From assembly GCF_009914755.1 (NCBI RefSeq), contig NC_060940.1: DNA of 64,000 bases; one strand, given 5' to 3'. The stretch comes from the human T2T-CHM13v2.0 reference genome, Homo sapiens. The notes under the pieces are model-generated. The model did not search any database. It was not told the origin of the DNA and worked only from the letters and a program-made list of their open reading frames with translations. The translations under genes and the position numbers were made by a program. Shown piece after piece: positions 53,672-64,000 of the stretch (the first letter of the stretch is position 1; each line of letters opens with the position of its first letter).

Positions 53672-54016
53672 ACGGGCTCAACAAACTTACCACCCAAGGG
53701 CCAAATACAACCTGCCACCTCTTTTTGTACAGCAAGCAAGTGCTTTTATAAGTGGTTTCTATATTTTTAAAGGGTTAAGGAAAAAATAAAAAGAATAATA
53801 TTTCATGACACATGAAAAACGAGATTTAAATTTCAATGTCCATAAAGTCTTATTAGCACTCAGCCACGCCCACTCATTTACATACTGCCTGCAGCTGCTT
53901 TTACACTACAATGGCAGAGTTGAGGAGCTGCAGCCTCTACAGAGACTGCATGAGCCACAGATCCTAAATTATCTACTGTCTGACTCTTTATGGAAAATGT
54001 TTGCCCACCATTGACC
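53672..54016. mobile_element. MER58B-like MITE
   Basis: gggccaaatacaacctgccacct...cacagatcctaaattatctactgtctgactctttatggaaaatgtttgcc. Confidence 0.78.
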
Positions 54017-54439
54017 TAGGAGGTTACCCAGCCTGTAGTAAGCACTGTCTTAATATTGCTTATGACTCTATTTTTCCCTTTTCTTTTACCATAAGAGGAA
54101 TTACCTGCCTCTGCATTTCCTTCTGTAGCAAAGATAATTTTCAACTCCTATAATGGGGGACAGAGGATGTTCCTATCCAGAGCCAGTCCCCATGTGTCCT
54201 TGGGGGGGGGGTCCCCAGCCCTCCCAAACTCCTCCCCTGAATTGGCTGGTTTCCCCCACCACGCTCAACAGCTGTTCCCCTAGCTGTATCAAGTCCAGGC
54301 CAGTGAGCTTGCTTCTCTCCAGCTTGTCTCAGCAATTTTGTTTTCCCCCACTGCACAAGTTCCTAACAGCTCCAACGAGTCCAAAGGTGAGCACTTCCAA
54401 ACCTTTAATTATTTACATCTGAGAAATTCTAAGGGCTTT

Positions 54440-54730
54440 TTCTCCCTGTCAGTCACGTCAGCAGTTGGCGTCCCAAGCACAACAATCCTCCCTCCTGTCG
54501 GAAGCTTCTGCCTCCTTCCTACAAATTGTAACAAATTTGCATTTTTTGTTCCATTTTTCACTGGCCAAAAAAAGACGTGAAGCGCCATGTTAGTTGGATG
54601 GTTCATCTGGGCTACTCAGGAGGAAGGGGGCAGAGGAAGGTAGCGTGGACAAGACAGCAGTGTGCGGGGGTGTTTGCAGAGAGGGAAAAAGAATATTTCC
54701 ATGCGGAGTCAGCAAAACTGGCAAACATGG
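54440..54730. promoter_or_regulatory. Candidate MAF/bZIP-type enhancer
   Basis: Two near-MARE sites, an octamer and a YY1 motif in repeat-free DNA. Motif evidence only. Confidence 0.4.
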
Positions 54731-55434
54731 AGAAAAAAAATTCACAGTTCAGATGGGGAGAAGAAACACTTGTTCTTGCAATGATTTGAAGCGTGGAGAG
54801 TTTAATTACCAAAGAGACCACAATTGTTTGGCTCCACATGTTCATGGCTGTGTATTGGATGGTATGTGGTGTCCTCTCAATGATTTTTTTTCTTTCAGAA
54901 TTATAGGATCTAGGAATAAAACCAAGTTATAGTCAGATTAAAGTCCTTAACTCTTAATGAAAGGTTTTTATTCAGCCATATGCATTCAGCCTCAGAATTT
55001 CTCATCCAGACCTCCCAGTTGCCATTGAGGAGGAATGAGAGCTTCTAAAAATAAGTCAGCTACGTGCAGAGTCCCTCTGAGGTCAGACCATTGTCCCCAA
55101 GGAGGACACAGCTGTTGTTATTGCTGTTTTTATGCCAATGTGGCTCGAGTCACACTAGGATGGGGATGCCTCTGTGATGGGAACACGGAGGAAGAAAACT
55201 CTCCCCAAAAAGAACCCCAGCATGGTTCCCAAACGACCCCATGTTCTAGAAAAGTCTCTTCCTATGCAAATCTTTCTTTCCCCTAGTCTTGATCACCCTT
55301 CAGTTTTTCTCACTTCACTCAGTGGCAACCCCAGATTCAATTAACTGAAACCAAAAATCTTGGCGTTGTCTTTGATACCTCCCTTTCTCCTACACCCCAC
55401 ATCCAATCTGCTGACAGATCCTGCTAGTTCTATC

Positions 55435-55524
55435 CAGGACTGGTTACATAACTGGTGTAGCCAAGCTCAAAATAAAAATGCAGAGCCACCGTCCACAGGT
55501 CACATGCCCATAAAGTCAGCCCTG
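55435..55524. mobile_element. 90-bp hAT MITE (MER91-like) in an L2
   Basis: TIR CAGGACTG/CAGCCCTG; 8-bp TSD GTTCTA(T/C)C. Confidence 0.75.
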
Positions 55525-56497
55525 GTTCTACCTACAAAAACACATCTGAAATCTGACCACTTGTAACCTTCTCCACTGCCAACAACCTGGTCTGAGCTCC
55601 CACCTGGGAACCTTCAGAGTCTCGTAACCAGACTCCCGGCTTCTATGTTGAGGCCTTCTGTCTATTTGCAGCACAGCAGCCAGAGTAATTCACATGACAT
55701 CTCTCTTCTGCTCAAAACCCGCTGCTGTCTCTTCATGTCACCCAGAGTAAAAGCCAAAGTCCTCACAATGGCCCGGAAGCCTGTTCCCATCCCCAGGACC
55801 TCTCTACCCTCACTTTTGACTCTCCCCCTTGCACACTTTTTTTTCAATCACAACAGGATCCTTGACTGTCCTCAAACCAGCCGGGCATGCTCCTTCCTTC
55901 TGTCATTTCACCTTGTTCCTTCTGCCTGGAAGCTCATACGACACCTGAGCTCACTATATATGTATGCTCTCCCTCACATTCTTTTATTCATTCAACAAAT
56001 ATTTATTGAAGTGTTATTCATTCAACAAATATTTATTGAGCACCAATGGTGTGCCAGACACTATTATCCTTGGCACAGATGGTTGAATCCAGCATCTCTC
56101 TGATCACTGATGAGGTACAGCATCATTTCCTAGATGTGTTGGCCATTTTATAGCTAATTTTTCTGTAAATTGTAAATTTTTCTGCAAATCGCCCTATGTA
56201 ACACTTACATAGTACTTCCTCTGTGCCAGACACCACTCTAACAACTTCATAAAGAGGCACTGTTGTTATCCCAATTTTACAAATGGGAAACCTGGTTAAG
56301 CTACTTACCTGAGATCATACACCTGTTTTTCTACTGGGTAGTTAATTTTTATCATACTGATTTGTAGGAACTCTTTATATATAACAGCTATTATCCATTT
56401 GATTGTTATGATGAATTCTACTGGCTGCATAATAGGGGAAAGACCATGTTGCCTCCAACTATCCTTGTACCATGTTTTTCATCCACCAAGCTGTACA

Positions 56498-56547
56498 TGC
56501 TAACCAGTGAGAACATTTCATTTGCTAACCAGTGAGAACATTTCATT
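56498..56547. repeat. Perfect 25-bp tandem duplication
   Basis: TGCTAACCAGTGAGAACATTTCATT x2. Confidence 0.95.
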
Positions 56548-56555
56548 TTACCTTG

Positions 56556-57090
56556 TGTATTAGTTATCTATTGCTGTGTAACAAATTATCTCCCCCCCGC
56601 CAAAACAAAAAAGCAGTTCAAAATCACAAATATTTATTTTGTTACACATATTTCAAAGCACAGGGATGTAAGAATAGCTTAGCTGGATGGTTCTATCAAG
56701 CACTGTCAAATGGTTCTGGTGGTTTGCAGTCAAGCTCTCAGCCAGAGTTGCAGCCATCTCAAGATTCAACTGGGGTAGAACTTCATGTGTTTTCTGGCAG
56801 ACCTCAGTTTTTCTTTGGCTTTTGACCAGAGGCCTCATTTCCTCCACCACGGGCCTCTCCACACAGCTTCTCACAATATTGCAGCCAGCTTGCCCTCAAG
56901 GGAGAGGAGGAGTGAGAGAGTGGAAGCCTCAGCCTTTTATAACCTATCATCAGAAGTGACATTCCATCATTTCTTCCACTTGCTATTGGTCACACAGACC
57001 AACCCTCGTACAACGTGGGAGGAGGTCATCTTTGAGTGTGAATACCAGGAGGCCAGGGTCACTGGTTCCATCTTTGAGAACGGCTACCAA
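56556..57090 (-). mobile_element. MLT1F-like LTR
   Basis: tgtattagttatctattgctgtgtaacaaatta...gtgtgaataccaggagg...ggctacca. Confidence 0.8.
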
Positions 57091-57204
57091 ATGTTGGGTC
57101 CATTATTATTCTTTAGTACTCACTTGTTTTGGAAACACACACGTGCTGAGTGACGCTTTTGAAAAGGAGAAACTCAGAGTCCTATACCTCAGAGATGGAT
57201 TCCC

Positions 57205-57680
57205 AAAACTAAGGGGCTGCTGTGACAAAACACCATAGACTGAGTGGCTTATAAACAAGGGAAATTTATTTCTCACAGTTCTGGAGCCTGGAAGTCCAAG
57301 ATCAGGATGCCACCATGATGAAGTTCCAGCGAAGACCCTCTTCTCCAGGTTCCAAATGGCAGACTTCTCATTATATTTCCACATGGCAGGGAGCAGAGGA
57401 AAAAGAAGCAAACTCATTTTTCGTTTTTGGTTTTTTTTTAACTTGCTATGTTGCCCAGGCTGGTCTTAAAACCTTGATCTCAAGCAATCCTCTCATACTT
57501 TAGCCTCCCAGAATGCTGGGATGACAGGCATGAGCCACCATGCCCAGACTCTCTCATGTCTTTTTATAAGGGCACTAATCTCATTCAGAGGGCTCCATCC
57601 TCATGACCTAATTACCTCCCAAAGGCCTTGCTTCCTAATGCCATCCTACTGGGAGTTAAACACATAATCAGTCCATAGCA
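57205..57680 (-). mobile_element. MLT1A-like LTR with an Alu left monomer (57417-57549)
   Basis: aaatttatttctcacagttctggagcctggaagtccaagatcagg...cagtccatagca. Confidence 0.82.
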
Positions 57681-58482
57681 AGATTTATACCTTCCACTAT
57701 CCCCTAAGCCCAAGACTCCTACTGCAACCAACGAAAGCCCTCTGCTTATTTTAAGCAGGAAGAAGGGTTATTTAAAGGATGTTGGATACTTTACAGAATC
57801 TACAGAAGGGCTGGAAGATTACAGAATTGAAGGCTACACAACCAGGCACAAGGTGGAAAATTCATCCTTGGAGTAAATCCAGTGAAGACATCATAGCTTG
57901 CACGCCCGACACTACCAACAGTGGACACCCATGTTGCTACTACAATCTAGAGCTGCAACTAGCTTGAGGAAGTGACTGCTTCTGTTTGTCAGAATTGACT
58001 TTGCATGGTTCTCCTTCTTCGCAAGGTTTTGATTGAAAGACTTGACCAGGGCCATTTGACTGGCAGCACCCTTTGATGAGTCATTTAATGGGCCTGTGCC
58101 CTAGCTGCAAAGGATGCTGACAAAGCAGTTGTCCATCCTTTTCAGCTTATATGCAAGGAGGCAGACCATCCTTATATTCTATGCTTCGTCATTTGGAAGA
58201 TTCCTTCAAACATAAAAACTTCAGATGCCGAGCGGACAACAATAACAAAAAAAAAAAACTGGAAATAAATATCTACTACACCTACAAAATTTGGTCAGAG
58301 AACAGAGAACACTTATCTAACTTGGAAAAGATCTTAAACACAGAACATCTAGGAAGTTCAATGCCCACACTTTACTAATGAGGAAATTGGGGCCCTGAAA
58401 AGTGAAAGGAATTGCCTAATGTAACATAAGAAGTAAATGACAAGAGGCAAGACTTTTCCTCTTGGATCCAGACTCCAGGAGG

Positions 58483-58955
58483 AGGGAGTTCTTAATCTCT
58501 ATCATGGTATAGATCTCTGTTTAATAATTTGGTGAAGACTGTGGATTCTTTCTCAGTATAACATTTAAAAAAAAAAATTAAAAGAATACATTAGAAACAA
58601 ATTAGAAAGAATACAAAGGAAACAAATTACATTGAAATGTAATTATAGAAATATTAAAACAAAGTTGTGATACAGCAATATATGCAATACATACTTTTCT
58701 TTATTAATATATTAAGAACAAAATCTAGTAGCAGATCTAACAACCACTATAATTTCAAAGAAATGATATTCATTAAGGATATTTGAAGATTCCATAACAA
58801 TTGTAATGAGATATTAAAATAACTATGACTTCCAATGATGACAAAGTCACAAGAATTGTAGATTCCACCATGGTTTTATTGCCTACATTCATAATAGAAA
58901 AAAATGCTAAAAGTCAGAGGTCAGTGGAAAAAGTTTTTTTCTATCCAAGTTGACT
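58483..58955. mobile_element. MER119-like Charlie element
   Basis: ttggtgaagactgtggattctttctcagtataac...caaaggaaacaaattacattgaaat. Confidence 0.7.
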
Positions 58956-59320
58956 AATTCTTTATATCTTATCTTCAGAACTGCAGGAACTGGGGGTGGT
59001 CATTCCGGGATAAGAACTGCCCGGCCTGTTGATTATAGGATGGAAAAGCAGGGCACACAAATAGGCCAATAAAATCAGTTGAAATTGATCATGAATGGAG
59101 GGTTTGCAAAGTATTCCTTTCTTATGGGTATTGTGGGAGGCGAGGGTGTGCACGTGGGGTACATACATGTCATGCATGTGTGTATGTGTATTTTCCTATT
59201 ACAAGAGAGTCCTATATTTACAGACATGGAAAGACAGCAGGGTAAACTATTAATATTAAATGAAAAACACATTACAGAACGTGTAACAACAATAGATAAT
59301 ATTTACTGAGCACTTGCTAG

Positions 59321-59707
<387 letters not shown>

Positions 59708-60271
59708 ATCATAGCTATTTTTTATTATCTCATTTTGTAGGTGAGTAAACCAAAATGTGGGGAGAGAAAGTAAGTTGCCCAAAATTGCAGAGCTGCTAAG
59801 TGAGGGAGCAGCCATTCAGGGCCAGACTATCTGACTCTAGGGCTTGAGCTCATGTCTGTTCTGCTTATCCACTTGTTATAATTAAATGCTTAACATTCTG
59901 CATGTATGTGTGTACATGTGGATACCTACATGCATTTTTAAAAGCTGGCACATTACATATGCCAAACCACTAACTGTGTTTACCTCTGGTGACAGTGACT
60001 GGGGAAAGGGCAGAGATGGGATAAACCATTTCCTTTTTAAAAACTCAAAGACGCTTAAGTGTTTTTAAATAAGTGAGCAAGAGCCCCATGTATCAACCTG
60101 AGTGAAACTCACAAGTAAGGTTGAGGAAAAAATATATGCCCAGTATAATATGGTGCCTTAATATGTAAGACAAAATTACCTATGAGGTAGGGTCACAAAC
60201 ATAGATAGTAAAAATATAATGATATGCATGGACTCAATAAATATCAAACTTGGGGGAGGTAAAATGGGTGA

Positions 60272-60630
<359 letters not shown>

Positions 60631-61439
60631 AATTATGTTTTACTTCTTAAGCAACCTGGTGGGCAGTAGCCGCCTCTTATATTATCATGTACACTATTAT
60701 TTTTTATTTGTTTCATAATAAATTTAACAGAGAGAGAAATTACTAATGAGAAATACCCACACACGGTCAATCCTTCGTTTTAGCTTTGATATTGTTTGAA
60801 TTCTCACTTGGGAAATGTATAAAAGAAAAAGGGGGATGTAACAGGGCGGGTTAGTGGTTACCTTCGGGAAGGAGGGAAGGAGTAGTTACTGGGAGTCCAC
60901 ACGGGGGCTTCTGGAGACCAACAATGTTCTGTTTCATGAGCTGGAGTGACAGTTTCACACGTGTTTGCTTTGTGATATTTGATTGATCTGTATGTATAGG
61001 ATTACGTTCACTTTTCTGAATATATGTTATATATCAAAATGTTAAAATGTAGAGAATCTTACCTTATGAATATACAAAAAAAGAGGAAGACATCTAAGGC
61101 ACTTACAAAAGAACTTTAACCCCCTAGTTTTCAGCTGGTTCTATGCCATCCGAGACTCAAGGCCACTCAGCAGGTTACACTCCCCTCTATAGGCTGCAGG
61201 CACGAGGCAAAGCTGTAGTGCTCATTCAAGACCTTTCAAAACAGATCTCTGGGCACACCCCAGCCTCCAGCATCTTCAGTGGGGTGGCTTTTGTCAAAAG
61301 GCTGTCTACATCACACAAGTCCAGAAAAATACTGTCATGTGGCCAGGCTCTTAAGTGGGGAAGCCTGGGACACTGAGAAAGAAAACATGAGATTCCAAAT
61401 GCCAGTTGAGACGCCATCCATTATTTGTTGTGTTGGTAA

Positions 61440-61739
<300 letters not shown>

Positions 61740-61924
61740 CTGTTGCTAAGTTTTTTAAGGAGCCACGGCAAGATTGTTTTCTGGCTTCTTTAGTGATAAA
61801 TCCACCAGTCTCTTCTCAGGAATGGAGAGGACTTCCAAAGATCAAAACAATGCTCTTACAAGTAGAAAAGAGAGAGGTAACTGAAATGCAGAGGGAAGAA
61901 CCATGATCTGGAAATCAGATCTGT

Positions 61925-62443
61925 TGCATCAGCTAGCTCATGCTGCATAACAAACCACTCCAAAATTCAATAGCTTGAAACAACAAGCATTTATTATTTA
62001 TTAGTCAGCTAGGTGGATGAAGCTCAACTGGTCTTGGCTGGGCTTGCTCAAGTGTCACCCATAAGTTTGGCTGGATTTGGCTTTGACCTAACTCATGTGT
62101 GTCGTGACTGACTGGCTGTGAGCTGACAGCTAGGGGTGACTAGGCAGTGTGTTGCTCATCATCCAGCATGGTAGCCCAGTCTTGTTAGTATAATGCTTAG
62201 GTGGGTTTCCAAGACAGAAAGGAAGTGTGCAAGGCATCTTGAGCTGTTGACTTAGAACTATCACATCATCATTTCTGCCAAACTCTATTGGCCAAAGCAA
62301 GTCACCAGGCAAGCTCAGATTGAAGAACTGGGAAAAGAGACCCTACTTCTTGGTGGAAGCCACTGCAAAGCCACATTGCAAGATAATTGGGTACAGGGCG
62401 GGGGGGTGAAGATTTGGTGACATTTTTACAGTTAGTCCACCCT
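61925..62443 (-). mobile_element. MLT1G/H-like LTR
   Basis: tgctgcataacaaaccactccaaaatt...ctattggccaaagcaagtcac. Confidence 0.75.
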
Positions 62444-62556
62444 ACTTGGTTCTAGTCCAGACTTTGCTTATAACTCACAATACAGTTTGTGGAAAGGTAC
62501 CTCTCCTTTCTGAATCTCAGTTTCCATATCTGTAAAATTAGAGGCTTGAACTAGAT

Positions 62557-62759
62557 CAAGGGCTGACAAACTATAACCTGCTGCCTGTTTTACTCAATAA
62601 AGTTTTATTGAAACACAGCCATGCCTATTTGTTTCTGCCTTGTCTTTGGCTGCTTTTGTGCTAGAACAGCAGAAGTGAGTAGTTGCAATAGAGACCCTGT
62701 GACCTGCAAAACTAAAAATATTTACTATATCGCCCTTTACAGACAAAGTTTCTGACCTG
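62557..62759 (-). mobile_element. MER58A
   Basis: aataaagttttattgaaacacagcc...aaaatatttactatatcgccctttacag. Confidence 0.85.
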
Positions 62760-62905
62760 GGAAGTAAATGAGCTTTCAATTTCATTTGATTCTAATATTG
62801 TCTGTTTCCAAGCCTCCTCCACAGAGCTTAGTAATCATAATAGCACTACCACTTGTTGCACACCTACTGAGTGCAGTAGGCACTGTGCTAAGAAAGGCAC
62901 TATGA

Positions 62906-63220
62906 GACGGGCATGGTGGCTCATGCCTGTAATCCCAGCACTTTGAGAGGCTGAGGCGAGTGGATCACCTGAGGTCAGGAGTTTGAGACCAGCCTGGCCA
63001 ACATAGCAAAACCCCGCTTCTACTAAAAATACAAAAAAAAAAAAAAAAAAAAAAATAGCCAGGCATGGTGGTGCACTCCTGTAGTCCCAACTACTCAGGA
63101 GGCTGAGGAAGGAGAGTTGCTTAAACCCAGAGATGGAGGTTGCAATGGGCCAAATTGTGCCACTGCACTCCAGCCTGGACAACAGAGAAGACGCCATCTC
63201 AAAAGAAAAAAAAAAAGAGA
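62906..63220 (+). mobile_element. AluSx-like
   Basis: TSD GAAA(G/A)GCACTAT; long mid poly-A. Confidence 0.92.
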
Positions 63221-63685
63221 AAAGCACTATTGCAGGGTGGTCTTGAGAGTGGATCCTGGATCCAGGATGCCTGGTTTGAATACCAGCTCCATCACTACTG
63301 TGAGTTTTGACAAGTTGTACCTCATTTCCTCATCTGTGAAATGGGAATAATGTCACAACCTCATAGGGTTGTCATAAAAATTCTTGAGTTAATAGATGTT
63401 AAACCTTTGGAGAGTTCTGCCTAAACATTCCATAAATGCTAAATATTATTCTTTACTTGTCTTGTCTCAGAAGAATTCTCAGATCATCCTTTAGAATAAG
63501 GAAACAGAGACTCAGAAAAGTGAAAGGGCCTGCTGAAAGTCCCACAGCTACCAGGTAGCAGAGCTGAGATTTGAAGTCAGCTCACAGAGACTTCCTCCCT
63601 GTCCAGTCTGACCACACTCTGGCATCCTCCTAACACCCAGACAGCAGGATGCTGTGTGCAGGGCTGTTCTTACATCTTTACATTA

Positions 63686-63943
63686 CAGTAGCCTCCCTCA
63701 TCCATGGAGGATGCATTGAAAATCCCCCCAGTGGGTGCCGGAAACCATGGATAGCACTAACTCCTGTATACACTGTGTTTCTTCCTGTACATACAGATCT
63801 ATGATAAAGTTTAATTTATAAATTGAGCACAGTAAGAGATTAGTAACAATAACTAATAATGAAATAGAACAATTATAACAGAATACTATTCAGAATTCGA
63901 CAGATACAAGATTTGTTTTTACTGTAGATCTTAGCAACATCAG
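63686..63943. mobile_element. MER44/Tigger7-like DNA element
   Basis: TA followed by cagtagcctccctcatcc...tatgataaagtttaatttataaatt. Confidence 0.8.
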
Positions 63944-64000
63944 TGTATTAGTCTTTTCTTGCACTGCTTATAGAGACATACCCAACACTGGGTAATTTAT
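63944..64000 (-). mobile_element. THE1 LTR running off the window edge
   Basis: tgtattagtc...agacatacccaacactgggtaatttat. Confidence 0.75.

Overview
Primate (very probably human or great-ape) non-coding genomic DNA, roughly half of it recognisable interspersed repeat. It holds about 27 Alu copies (J, S and Y ages), L1 fragments of several ages, L2 and MIR relics, solo LTRs (MER4, LTR13, LTR9, MST/THE1/MLT1), DNA-transposon MITEs (MER20, MER58, MER3, MER119, Tigger3a, MER44) and microsatellites. I see no protein-coding gene, rRNA, intact tRNA or CRISPR. The ORF track is explained by Alu, L1, low-complexity or chance ORFs. I cannot name the locus and found no convincing new biological system. 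The best leads are: (1) a TSD-bounded chimeric L1 insertion with an inversion and captured foreign DNA (17.7-18.5 kb); (2) a short L1 3' transduction (9.0 kb); (3) a probable orphan retroposed segment inside an MLT1 LTR (27.6-27.9 kb); (4) a probable MER121 ancient conserved element (10 kb); (5) intact CTCF and octamer motifs in nested LTR13 and LTR9 solo LTRs; (6) three motif-dense, repeat-free candidate enhancers. Repeat subfamily names come from recalled consensus sequences and need RepeatMasker/Dfam confirmation. Boundaries without a TSD are approximate.
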